DNA from: Octopus sinensis
Lineage: Eukaryota
Reading direction: 5' to 3'
NCBI RefSeq assembly: GCF_006345805.1
Contig: NC_043019.1
Span: forward strand, 30,503,360-30,567,359
Length of the DNA: 64,000 nt
In this document: piece after piece, positions 12,115-25,278 of the stretch
Layout of the letters: every line of letters starts with the position of its first letter
How positions within the stretch are numbered: the first letter of the stretch is position 1
Made by a program: the position numbers and the translations under genes
Notes under the pieces: model-generated
The model's input: only the letters and a program-made list of their open reading frames with translations
The model's database searches: none
Told to the model about the DNA's origin: nothing

Positions 12115-15100
12115 TTAAAGATGTTCTAAACATAACCTATTTCTTTGCTACCCACAAGGGGCTAAGCTAAACACAGAGGAGACAAACAAGGACAGACAGA
12201 CGGATTAAGTCGATTATATTGACCCAGTGTGTAACTGGTACTTATTTAATCGACTCCGAAAGGATGAAAGGCAAAGTCGACCTCGGCAGAATTTGAACTC
12301 AGAACGTAACAGCAGACGAAATACGTATTTCTTTATTACCCACAAGGGGCTAAACACGAAGGAGACAAACAAGGACAGACAGACAGACGGATTAAGTTGA
12401 TTATATTGACCCCAGTGTGTAACTGGTACTTATTTAATCGACCCCGAAAGGATGAAAGGCAAAGTTGACCTCGGCGGAATTTGAACTCAGAACGTAGTGG
12501 CAGACGAAATACCGCAAAGTATTTCGCCCGGCGTGCTAACGTTTCTGCCAGCTCGCCGCCTTAAACATGTTCTAAACATAACCATCCCATATTTCTGACT
12601 GAGGAAGACTTGAAGATTGGTCTCAGGAAGCTGAGGAAGGAGATTGCTGTATATGATGATGCATGAGATGGTTAGTTCACATAGGACTGGTTTCCTTGTT
12701 TCTCTGGCATATATAGTCCTTCCTGGATGGGGTGCCAGTCTCTCACAAGATTACTCTTTTTTACCAGCTGAGTGGACTGGAACAATGTGAAATGAGTTCC
12801 TATTTTCTTTTTGTTTTTGCTAAAAAACACAACACATTGCCCAACCCAGGAATTGAAACCGCACTCTTATGATCTAATCACTAAGCCATGTGCCTCCATG
12901 CATTAGATGCATTTCTTTTGTTCTTAAATATAGGCATAGGAGTGGCTGTGTGGTAAGTAGCTTGCTTATGAACCACATGGTTCCGGGTTCAGTCCCACTG
13001 TGTAGCATCTTGGGCAAGTGTCTTCTACTATAGCTTCAGGCTGACCAAAGCCTTGTGAGTGGGTTTGGTAGATGGAAACTGAAAGAAGTCCGTCGTGTAT
13101 GTATATATGTGCATATGTGTGTGTTTGTGTGTCTGTTTGTCCCCACCAACATCGCTTGACAACCGTTGTTTTTGCATTTTATATAAAATGAGTCTGTCTT
13201 CTTCAGTGTGGAAACAACAGGAGAGTATATCTGGAAAGGGTTAAAATAAGGAAATTAAAAAAAAAAAAATCCTTGAAATGTCACATAGCACTATTACCAA
13301 GTTTTTGACAGAAATGTTCTATTCATGAACCAATATGGGAGTTCCTATATTATCACTTGACCTACTAGAAGTCTTTAAAAGCTTTTACAAGACAAACTGT
13401 CCGATTTACCAATCTATCAGCCCACTGTATTTGTACTAGATAGATGACAGGTTCACTCTCTCCAACAATATATTGTAAAGTAGAAAAGGTAGAATTGATT
13501 ATCTTTGTTAAAAAGTAAACTTGAATTTCTTCCTTTTTTATTTATTTTATCTTTATTTATTATTTTTTTGTTACAACTTTGCTATTATGCAATAAATACT
13601 GAATACCAAATATTACAGAGTTGCTGTAACCTTCTTTCAAAGACTAACCTTGTTTTAAAAATTGCTCCTTTTAAATTATTATTAATAATCACCATTTTAT
13701 ACATATACATGTATATAAGGCGCAATGGCCTAGTGGTTAGGGCAGCGGACTCGCGGTCGCAGGATCGCGGTTTCGATTCCCAGACCGGGCGTTGTGAGTG
13801 TTTATTGAGCGAAAACACCTAAAAGCTCCACAAGGCTCTGGCAGGGGGTGGTGATCCCTGCTGTACTCTTTCACCACTCTTTCTCCCACTCTTTCTTCTG
13901 TTGGCCTGCATCATTTGAAGGCTAAAACAATGCGAACGCATTGTGACCAGCGATGTGTAACAACATCTGATGGTCTGGTCAGTCCTGTGATCCCGTGACA
14001 TGTATATTACGGGCTTCTTTCAGTTTCCGTCTACCAAATCCACTCACAAGGCTTTGGTCGGTCCAAGGCTATAGTAGAAATCACAGTGGGACTGAACCCG
14101 GAACCATGTGGTTGGTAAGCAAGCTACTTTAGGCGCAGGTGTGGCTGTGGGAAAAATAAAATAAGTACCAGTTGAGCACTGGGGTTGGAGGTAGTCAAAT
14201 TACACACTGACTCTAACTTGCTGGCCTTGTGCCAAAATCTGAAACCAATATAAAAGTACTGCCTTATCACAAACTGCATCAGGCTAATTCCAAACGATCA
14301 TGTTAAAGGTATACTTGTCCATAAATGTTCATGGAGTATTCATCATATACTAATTCAGATGAATGGGTAAGTCAGTTGATCAGACAACTGAAAATTCATA
14401 ATGAAACTATCAGAGATCAATTTATTTATCTTTATGCCAACATGGTGTGTGAGCCAGTACATTCAAACAGGAATGCCCATTTTGTTTTCCATATCTTTGG
14501 TGAACAATGAAATACATACCAGACTATTGTGGTCTATGTAATTGACTAAAACTATTCAAGGTGATGCCTCAACATGGCCACAATCCAATGACTAAAAACC
14601 AGTAAAACAAGTGTTTATTAGATATACATGCTAAGTAGAAAGCTCTGTACTGAAAATAATGGCCAAATTTCCTGTAAATCAGGGATCCCCAACCAACAGG
14701 CTACAAACCAGTACCTAGCCCTATATTATTTGACACTAGGCTGCACAGGAAGAATAAATTTTTTAATTCTGTTCCTGTTTTATTGACTATTGCAATCCGC
14801 AGAGTGTTATTACATTATAAATGCCATGAATATATGTAATTTATATGTATTATGCATTTTGTTGTGTTTTGTTATGCACCTGGTTGCCCCAGTCCATAGA
14901 AAAATTGTCTGGCATCAAACCAGTCCATGGTGCAAAACACGTTCATGGGTTGCTGCATTAATACACATCTTACTATCTTTAAAAAAAAAATTTTTTTTTT
15001 AATGGAAAAACATATTTATGGTCTCTGATGCACTGAAAACAACGAGTTGTTCATAGCTTAAATGTCTTTTGACAATCTGAGGAATTTCAACCGTGTTTCG

Positions 15101-16787
15101 TGGTCTGCTACCACAACAGCTCCTTTATAGGATCCAGTTAGCTCAAGATATCATCAGGAGGAACCACGTCCGGTTTCAGCCCCTACTCCTCTACCGTTTT
15201 GACGTAGCGGGTCCCCATCTTTCGAAGGTGTCTTCAGCTCTGGTGTTGGGTGCATGTCTTCTTTCTTCTTTCTTCTGTTCCCTGGCCTCTTTGATGTAGC
15301 GTCGACGAGTGTCAGCGAGTGACTGACTGACTTGTCAAAATTTTAGAGCTGATTTTTTGGTTGAAGACCCATCAAGCCAAGTGAAATCATAGTTGTGGCA
15401 GATGCTGATGCCATGCAACTGATACCTGTGCCTGTAGCACGCAAAAGCACCCATTACACTCTCAGAGTGTTTGGTGTTAGGAAGCTGGAGAAACCATGCC
15501 AAATCAGACTTGGGTCTGGTGCAACCCCTCGGCTTACCAGCCCTGGTCAAACTGTCCAACCCATGCCAGCATAGACAACGGACACTACATCATGATGATG
15601 ATGAATAACACCACTATCACTATTTAGGATAGAAAGCAATTCCTAGGTAGTGAGTTCGCAGTGTAGTTAGAAAAGCTCATAGATTCTCAACTTGTGGCAT
15701 TCACTTTGGCTCTCTGCATTCTGAACTCAAATCTTACTGAAGTCAGCTTTGCTTTTCATCTGTCTTTATTCGATAAAATGCTGTATTTTCTGGCATAGAA
15801 GCTGAATTTTTAAGCTGAAAGGTAGGGCAATTTATACACCAAGCTGACTGTGGAGGACCTAAAATTCCAAAATGCAGCAAAATTTGGAAAGACTGTGACT
15901 CACTAGTGTAGCTAGAGTGTGTGCCAGATATAAAAGAAGAAGTGAAAATAGGAAAAGAGAGAAAGAGAAAGAAAGAGAGGAAGAAAGAGAATTGTTATGA
16001 TATTGGTTAAAAAGGAAAGTTTACCAACTTTGATTTCTGCATTATTGCTGCACACATTTGGACAACAGCAGTTGCAACTATAAAACACTGACATATAAGT
16101 GTGCATATATGTTAGATGTGTGTGCCTCTGTGTGTGTGTATTTGTGTGTGTGTATACACACACACATTACGGAGGTGCAATGGCCCAGTGGTTAGGGCCG
16201 TGGACTCGCGGTCTTAGGATCGTGGTTTCAATTCCCAGACCAAGCGTTGTGAGTGTTTATTGAATGAAAACACCTAAAGCTCCACGAGGCTCTGGCAGGG
16301 GGTGGTGGTGAACCCTGCTGTACTCTTTCACCACAACTTTCTCTCACTCTATCTTCCTGTTTCTGTTGTACCTGTATTTCAAAGGGCCAGCCTTGTCACT
16401 ACATTAAGGGTACACGTGTCTGCACATTAATTTCACAAGTAGGCTGTTCCATTGATCGGATCAACTGGAACACTCGTTGTAACCGACAGAGTGCCAACAA
16501 ATGTGTGTGTACATACATGTGTGTGTGTGTGTGTGCGAATATGATTGAAGTAGTAAAGTGATGAGCTGTATGAATCATTACTCTGCTGGACAAAAAGCTC
16601 AGTACAATTTTTCGTATTCTGTGTTCAAATGCTGTCAGGGTTAACTTTACCTTTCATCATCTCAGGGTCAATAAAGTAAGTACCAACTGAGCACTAGGGC
16701 TGAATTAATCAATTTAACCCCTCCCTCTAAATTGCTGCCCTTGTGCCAAAATTTGAAACCAATATCATTAAAGTAGGTGGCTGTGTA

Positions 16788-18430
16788 TTCCATCCATCCA
16801 TCCATCCTTCCATCTTCTCTACTACTATTCTTGGGAGGGCCATGGTGGTAGAGTCCTCAGGTACCTCCTCTATCAGGTCCTATAAGAAGCATCTGTCATT
16901 AGACTTTTCAGCTGAATTCCCTAGTATGACTAACTGAGACTATGGATATTATCCAGCCATCTCATTCTTGGCCTACCCCTAGGTTCTCTTACCTGTACTC
17001 AGCTTGAAGAATCAGTCTTGGAATTCTTTCCTGCAACATTCTAATTACATGTCCATAGTAACAGAGCTGTGACCTCTCAATGCAGAGAAATAGCAATTCA
17101 GCCTTGATGAGAATTAGAGCTGCAAAGACCGAAACATTGGTTCTTCCCAGTGCAGTCTGCACATTAGTGGAGAAACATTCTTGAGACAAGTGCAGATGTT
17201 TAAGTATCTCGGGGCTGTATATTTCATAAGTGATGGGAAGCAAGCAGCTGAATTGATTGCTGGAATTGTCATGGATGCTAGAACAGTAATGTGCTAGCTC
17301 CAGCATTTGATTCTCAAATGAAGAGAAGTAAGAAAACCATACTTGCTGTCTTGATCTGCATTCCTATACTAACAGGGCTTTGACCTCTCGACGCAGTGAA
17401 GTAGCAGTTCATCTTGGATGAGAATTAGGGTTGCAGAGATCAAGACATTGGTTCTTCCCAGTGCATTCTGCATATTAGTGGAGAAACATTCTTGAGACAA
17501 GTGCAGATGTTTAAGTATCTCGGGGCTGTATATTTCATAAGTGATAGGAAGCAAACAGCTGAACTGATTGTTAGAAGTGTCACGGATGCTAGGACAGCAA
17601 TATGTTAGCTCTAGCATTTGATTCTCAAAAGAAGAGAAGTAAGAAAGCCAAACTTACTGTCTTGGTCTGCATTCCTATACAAACAGGGCTTTGACCTCTC
17701 AATGCAGAGAAGTAGCAGTTCATCTTGGATGAGAATTAGGGTTGCAAAGATCGAGACATTGGTTCTCTCAAGAACATCTTCCCAGTGCATTCTGCACATT
17801 ATTGAAAGAGCATCATTGAGGCAAGTGCAGAAGTTTAAGTATCTAGCGGCCATTTATGTCATGAGTGATGGGAAGCAGAAGGCTCAATCGAGTTCTAGAA
17901 TTGTCACAGTAATGTGTTACCTCCAGCATTCGATCCTCGAAAGAGGAGAGGTTGGTAAGGAAACCAAACTTGTTGTTTTGGTCTGCATTCCTATCTTCAT
18001 CTATTTTCTTGAATGTTGAACGATGACTGAAATGGTACAATTGTGAATACGAGCAGATGAAATGGTTAAGCACTGAATGATGTACTGTAAAAAAATTCTC
18101 AGAAGTTCAAGTTATAAGGATAGAAGATAAGTCTCTACTGCTGTCTGGTATGCGATCATTCTCAATATATATTTCTTTACTACCCACAAGGGGCTAAACA
18201 CAGAGGAGACAAACAAGGACAGACAAACGGATTAAGTCTATTACATCGACCCCAGTGCGTAACTGGTACTTAATTTATCGACCCCGGAAGGATGAAAGGC
18301 AAAGTCGACCTCGGCGGAATTTAAACTCGGAACATAACGGCAGACGAAATACGGCAACACATTTCGCCTGGCGTGCTAACGTTTCTGCCAGCTCGCGATC
18401 ATTCTCAATATGCAGGAAAGGAGTAAGCAG
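16788..18430. mobile_element. Rearranged RTE-clade (Rex3/Expander-like) LINE remnant: 3' part on the minus strand with (GATG)n tail, 5' part inverted, junction triplicated
   Basis: Minus strand reads IERSQLCYYGHVIRMLQERIPRLILQ...PRGRPRMRWLD and ends in a GATG tail at 16788-16817. Plus strand reads LSRTSSQCILH...QVQKFKYL...CIPIFIY...TMTE. All copies carry stops or frameshifts. Confidence 0.8.
18169..18394 (-). mobile_element. tRNA-derived SINE family A (head GGCGGCGAGCTGGCAGAAACG), inserted in the RTE remnant
   Basis: 17-bp TSD GCGATCATTCTCAATAT (18152-18168, 18395-18411). Other copies: 5043-5273 (+), 12137-12560 (-, dimeric, about 17-bp TSD), 34281-34508 (-), 51953-52590 (+, three decayed units), 59377-59600 (+), 59770-59990 (+). 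Confidence 0.85.
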
Positions 18431-20999
18431 GAGTTCCCTGTGGGTACACAAATAAGTTTAGAGAAAAACTGGGTATAAGAGATATAAGAGAAAGAGAGCT
18501 TGCCTGAACAAATTTTGCCAGAATAGACTCTGTTTAACATTATTATCTGGTACTTGGGTTGGTTAAGCAGAATGATGGATTTTGTTTATCCTCCAAGAAC
18601 AGGAACACGATATTTGACGAACTTCTACACAGTTTCTGTCTACCAAATTTCAGGCAACACTTGTCCAAGATGCTGTATGGTGGGAGTGAAAATGAAACAA
18701 TGTTGCAAAGTGAATTACTTAACCACAGAGTCATGCCTGACGACCATGTGATATAGCAACCTACTTTATAACTTCCTCACATTTAACTTACAAACTTTTT
18801 ACTATCCTTCACACACCCTTATTACCATTTCTGCCTGTATTCTCCTCTTATACTTCTGTGAAGCTTCATATGTTAAAACATGGTATTGTTACATTTCTAA
18901 AGTTCTGCATTCTTGAAATTCTTCAGTCACAAATCTAATATACGGAGCACAAATAGTCTGTTATTATATAGCTATACTGTATGTAATTATATATGATATA
19001 CTGTATGTAATTATATATGATATACTCTTTACTCTTTTACTCTTTTACTTGTTTCAGTCAATTGACTGCGGCCATGCTGGAGCATAGCCTTTAGTCAAGC
19101 AAATCGCCCCCAGGACTTATTCTTTGTAAGCCTAGTACTTATTCTATCGGTCTCTTTTGCTGAACTGCTAAGTTACGGGAACATAAACACAACAGCATTG
19201 GTTGTCAAGTGATGTTGGGGGGACAAACACACACATACGCACATATATACATATACATATATACAACGGGCTTCTTTCAGTTTCCGTCTACCAAATCCGC
19301 TCACAAGGCTTTGGTTGGCCCGAGGCTATAGTAGAAGACACTTGCCTAAGGTGCCAGGCAGTGGGACTGAACCTGGGACCATGTGGTTGGTAAGCAAGCT
19401 ACTTACTACACAGCCACTCCTGCGCCTATGGATATAATTTTAGATAACCATAATGTATATAATTTTTGTGTTGCATAATCATACTATATATAAACTTATA
19501 TCATCAAATTGTATATTTTTGTCTATGATTCCACTATCACTATAATATATATATATAATATGATAATAATGAACATAGTGTATACAGTGATCAGGTGCAC
19601 TACAGCTCATCGGAAAAAGTAACCAAAACTGCATGAACAGGAAATAGAATATGCACAGGAAGTGAACAATGAATAAGTCTCTTTATTTATTTACGCGCCC
19701 TTTTCAAGCCAAGCCAGGCTCATGGGCTCAGTTTCCCAGTTTCTATGGCGTATGTGTTCCCTCCCAGCTGGACGGGACACCAGTCCATCGCAGCGTTACT
19801 CAAGACAGAGTGAGAGAAAGTTGGGGCAAAAGAGTACAACAGGGGTCACAACCACCCCCTACCAGAGCCTCATGGAGTTTTTTTGGTGTTTTCGCTCAAT
19901 AAACACACACAATGCCCAGTCTGGGAATCGAAACTGCGATCGTCCGACCGCGAGTCCGCTGCCCTAACCGCTGGGCCATTGCGCCTCGAATAAGTCTCTA
20001 AAAGATAAAAATAAACAAAGGAAAGAAATGGGGCTGGGGTGCGTCAAGCATACTGTTGGTGAATTTCAGGAATCATGGAAGTTTTGAAGGATGTTGTGTC
20101 GTGACAGCTAACAACTAATGCAGGTAGTTTGTTTATTCCAGGCTTTCTGTGCATGTAAAAATGTTTCCGAGAATCCTGGGTACTGTGTAGTTTTTTGATT
20201 TTGTGAGTATGTCTATGAGTGTTAGACATATGGAATTCAAAATGGTGCCCTAGTTTGGCATTGGAAAGATGGTGGATAATCTTATGGGTGTCTGCGAAAT
20301 CAGTTGCCAGATGTCAGAGCTTTAATGTGTCCATGCCCAGGGAAACAAAATGTCCAGAGTATGGTAGATGTCAGACAATAGGTATTCACCTGGTTGCATA
20401 TTTGCTGGTACTTAGATGGATGACTGCTTGGGAAACCTAGGTGCTGTACATCTCACACTTTTTACTAGCAATGCTCCAGTATGGCCACAGCCTTAGGGCT
20501 GAAACATAAAAGATAAAAGAATATATATATATAGAATAAAAGAATACACACACACACACACACACACATACACACGTACATATAGTTGTCTGATAATTCA
20601 GAAGTCAGAAAAAATAGGCACTTGTATATTTGTCAATAGAATGAGTACAATAATCAAAGCATGAAGTATTACAGATCCATTACAGTCAATCTTATCAGCT
20701 GCTTTTATACCAGATACTAGAGTAGCTATCTAGTACACACAACACTTACTCACCTCCAACGATAGAGAACAATCACTATATTGTTTTTCAAACCAGCCAT
20801 CCCTGAAGAGCATATATATTAGACCACCACCTTGTTATCTAATATCCAGTGTATACTTTGATTATGACATATATATATATACATACATATATATGTATTC
20901 TCCACTCCTACTGTGTTCGTTTCACATTCTGATTGAATCTTCCATGTGTCAACATGTACCTCCTTGTGACAATGTAAACTTTCATTTAATCAAGATATC

Positions 21000-21089
21000 C
21001 TTGGCCTGAAGAATAGCCTGCAGTATACACCTCGCTCGGATATTTACCACTTCCAAGGTTCCGCTCGCTATGAAACATATGTAGCCTAG
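21000..21089 (+). ncRNA. Type I hammerhead ribozyme motif (canonical core)
   Basis: Stem I CUUGGC/GCCUAG; CUGAAGA 21006-21012; stem II AUAGC/GCUAU; GAAA 21072-21075; stem III AC-AUAU-GU; GUA cleavage triplet (cut after 21083). Confidence 0.7.
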
Positions 21090-21451
21090 ATCTTACCTAC
21101 TCCATTCCTTAACTCTTGTATGTGTGTGCATATATACATACATATATATATATTATCATTATCATCATCATTTAACGTCCATTGTCCATGCTGGCTGGCA
21201 TGGGTTGGACGGTTTGACCGGGCTAGCAAGTTGGAAGGCTGCACCTGACTCCAGTCTAATTTGGCATGGTTTCTACGGCTGGATGCCTTTCCTAATGCCA
21301 ACCACTCCAAGAGTGTAATAAATATAAAATCTTACATGACCAAACTACAGATAGTTATGTACTATATGGCCCTACCTCATGCAATTATATATGGCCAATG
21401 AACTACCATACTTTAAACATACACTCTCTTATGTATACCCATACTCTATGC

Positions 21452-21951
21452 CTGTGGTTCTCAACCATTTTTTGCCTATGGACCCCTTTGATTCCTTTTA
21501 TTACCCCACTGAACTTCCATACCCATTCGATATATATATATATACATACACACATATATATATATGTGACCTCGTGAGCACCGCCAGCAATTTTTTTTTT
21601 TTTTTTCCTCTGTCTTCCCTTCTCGGGATCTTTCCTTCTCCTTTGTTTCTGACGAAGAGCTCTGCTCGAAACGTTAAACCCTCCTTCTTCCCTTCTTTCC
21701 TGAGCGTCCAATAATACTTTATTTGTTCCATGTCCTCGTGTTGCTGTGTTTTTTTTGTGTTTTCTTGTTTGGATTAACTATATATATAAAGATCCTGTAT
21801 TTTCGTAATTAAATATTATTAGGAATTGTATAAAAATGTTGAAATATTCTGTGTATTGTAGAAATATAAGCAATTTATTGCTGATAAATTTTAACAACAA
21901 AACCTCATATGTACCCTCAAGGGCTATATGGACTCTGGTTGAAAACCACTG
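21452..21951. mobile_element. hAT-type MITE with a nested Penelope-like terminal fragment (~21527-21790)
   Basis: Same TIR family; 6 of 8 TSD bases match (CTCTATGC/TACTATGC); the insert carries the minimal hammerhead at 21645. Confidence 0.7.
21645..21679 (+). ncRNA. Minimal Penelope-type hammerhead motif
   Basis: GUUU-CUGACGA-A-GAGC(UCU)GCUC-GAAA-CGUU-AAAC: 4-bp stems I and II, loop-less palindromic ACGU stem III, extra A after A9, GUU triplet. Confidence 0.5.
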
Positions 21952-22133
21952 TACTATGCAATCATACATTATGGCCATACTTAAACAATCAGATTTAAGG
22001 ATTCCACTGCACACAATCCTATGTATTATAACCACACTGTTGGCAATCTCTAAACATAACCATTGTCTTCTTCATGTTTTTCAGATGGGTTTCACTTGAC
22101 TTACACAGTTTCTGACTGAACAGCTGATTGATA

Positions 22134-22232
22134 ATGCTAGAAATAACAGTACTGGTCTCTATTGTGGTGCTAGCCAGCATTGTCTTCTTGGCGTTTCAGT
22201 GCTCCTGCTTTGGAAAATCTACAAGATTCAAA
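22134..22232 (+). CDS. LMTK: Coding exon 1: signal-anchor/TM segment [33 protein letters not shown]
   Basis: ATG at 22134 has an in-frame TGA upstream (22125-22127). Donor AAA|GTAAGT at 22233; upstream acceptor TTTTCAG ends at 22084. Resembles AATK LACLCCKKGGIGFK|EFE including the intron position. Confidence 0.85.
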
Positions 22233-23116
22233 GTAAGTTGCTTTTTCAACTTTTTGGGAAATGGTCTTATGAATACTGAATGTTTTATACTCTTTTACTC
22301 TTTTACTTGTTTCAGTCATTTGACTGCAGCCATGCTGGAGCACCGCCTTTAGTCGAGCAAATTGACCCCCAGGACTTATTCTTTGGAAGCCTAGTACTTA
22401 TTCTATCTGTCTCTTTTGCTGAACCGCTAAGTTACAGGGGACATAAACACACCAGCATCGGTTGTCAAGTGATGTTGGGGGGACAAACACAGACACATAA
22501 ACTCACACATATATATACATATACATATATACATATATATGACGGGCTTCTTTTCAGTTTCCGTCTACCAAATCCACTCACAAGGCTTTGGTCGGCCCGA
22601 GGCTATAGTAGAAGACACTTGCCCAAGATGCCACGCAGTGGGACTGAACCCGGAACCATGTGATTGGTAAGCAAGCTACTTACCACACAGCCACTCCTGT
22701 GCCTATAGATTAGAAAAAAAAAATGTTCAAGGCAAAGGTTCTCATTTTAAAAGATCTTTGTGATACAGGTGCGGGCATGGCTGTGTGGTGAAGAAGCTCG
22801 CTTTACCACCACTGCACGACATCTTGGGCAAGTGTCTTCTACTATAGCCCCAGGCTTGTGCATGAATTAGTTAAACGAAAACTGTGTGGAAGCCCATTGT
22901 ATATACGTGTGTGTTTGTGTTATTCCCAACCATTGCTGTCAACCAATATTGGTTTGTTTCTGTCCCTGTAACTTAGCAGTTCAGCAAAAGAGACCAATAG
23001 AATAAGTAACATGCTTAAAAAATAAGCAGGGGGTGGGGTCGATTTGTTTGACTAAACATGTTAGGGCAGTGCCCCAGCATGGTCACAGTCCAATGACTGA
23101 AGCATAAAAGATAATG

Positions 23117-23158
<42 letters not shown>

Positions 23159-25236
23159 GTGATATATGCCCTGTAACATAGCAGTCTGATAAATAGAGTT
23201 TAATAAAATAAGTATCAGATCAGAACAAGTACCGGGGTCATTAAAATTATTGACGGCATTATCACATGATCATGGATCACATGACAATGGCCAAAACTAA
23301 TTTTTTTTATCTTTTCTTCCCCCAGAGTTTTGAAGAGGATGCAGAAAATCCAAGAGAACGTTCTTTGGAAGGTTGCGTTGGCCCCGAAGTGGACAATACA
23401 TCGTTGGTGAATTTTGAGCCGTTACCTGACATTTTATCAAAAGCAATACCTGCTACAACAGCCTTGAGACCAAGAATCACTTGTATTGCCACTGACAACA
23501 ATGAACCCAACTCAAGAATTGTCTGTAAGTTTACACTTTATGGAATATTACTTATTTTAGTCACAAACAAAAATATGTTTTATCAGACTAGGAAAGGTCT
23601 GTGTCTAAGACTGCTGTTAGATCACTAAGACCAGTGTATGAGGACGAAAGAAATCGTAGCTTTTTAGTTGATGAAGTAGGAAACAGTACATATCTATATA
23701 TATATAAAGCTGAAGTTGTCTGTGTGTGTGTGTGTGGCAGGTTTGGTAGCCGTCAACTAACACTATCTCCTCCGAGACTCTGCAGCGCAAGTTGACCAAA
23801 ATTGAGAGTATGATAGAAGAAGGCTTGCTCTTCATTCCATAGAAGAAAAAATTCAAATCGGACCATATTAACACCAAAAATTATTTACATCAAAAAGATG
23901 CTTTTTTTCTATGTAAATCCCTATTTTTTACGATTTTTTGACTGCTGTGTTGCCATTTTCCGGTGTATTTTAACCAGAAAAATGTTCACTTAAAGTGAAT
24001 AACAAGCTACATAATGCAAAATTCCAATTCTAATGGGTCGAAAAGAAAACAAATCCGGGCAACGCCGGGCTATACTGCTAGTTAATATATAAAACTATCC
24101 TGAGTCCAGAGAGCTCTTCCAAGTGTTTGTACCTGTGGCTTCCACTAAAAGTACCCAAGGGCTAAGCATTGGTGCCAAACTAGCAAGCCATGCTTGTATC
24201 GAAAAGCAAGTTTGAAATGACAATGATAGGCCTCATCTCTCTTCCCCTGCCCCCAGTTAGAATCTTCCTAAGTCTGATTTTGTATTCTGTCACTTGATAG
24301 GATCAATAGAATAAGAGGCGGGCAAACCCAGTGGGATTTGAACTGAGAAATGTAAAGAGCCACCAAATAGCTATGCAGTTTTTAGTCTGCTTTTATAATG
24401 CTTCGGCTACTAGTATACCATTAACAATAATAATGATTTTGTATGTTTCAAAAAACCAGAAATTTTAGAGTTGGGATACAGTCAATGATATTGATAATTA
24501 TTTTTACAATACTTTATTTTTATCAGTCCCAGAAGGATGAAAGACAAAATCAACTTCAATGGCATTTGAACTCAGAATGCAAAGATCCAGAACAAATACC
24601 ACAAGGCATTTCGTCTGCTGCTTTAACAATTCTTCCAATCCACTGCCCACGAAGATGATTTCTTACATAGGCACAAGGCTAGAAATTGATGAGGGGGAAA
24701 AAGTTGATTATATCTCTCCCAACCAGAACTTAACCAATACTTATTTTGTTTGGTCCCAGAAGTATGAAAACCAAAGTTGAACCAGGCTGGATTTGAACTC
24801 AGATCATAAAGAGCTAGAACAAACATTACAATGTATGCTGTTTGTTCAACACTCAAGTGGTACAGCTAAAATAATAATTTCTAATTTGGCAAAGGAAGAC
24901 AGGTGTATAGAGGGTGGAGCATACAAGCATAATTGATGAATTAAACTCTCTGTATAAATATAAGGACATAACAGAACACAATTAAGTATGGTAAGGTATC
25001 TCGTCCATACACTATCCACCACAGTTTACAATAATTACTTTTACTGACTGCAAGGACTTAAAAGGACAGAATGTAACAAAGTGGCTGTGTGGTAAGTAGC
25101 TTGCTTACGAACCACATGGTTCCGGGTTCAGTCCCACTGCATGGCACCTTGGGCAAGTGTCTTCTACTATAGCCTCGGGCCGACCAAAGTCTTGTGGGTG
25201 GATTTGGTAGACAGAAACTGAAAGAAGCCCGTCGTA

Positions 25237-25278
<42 letters not shown>

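Noticed and set aside
13718-13800. tRNA-like sequences here and at other SINE heads
   Set aside because: No complete acceptor stem, and each continues into a shared SINE body, so they are not tRNA genes.
15060-15335. CpG-rich segment with partial hammerhead-like pieces
   Set aside because: No single fold contains CUGANGA, a stem II and GAAA in the right order; probably a retroelement fragment that I cannot classify.
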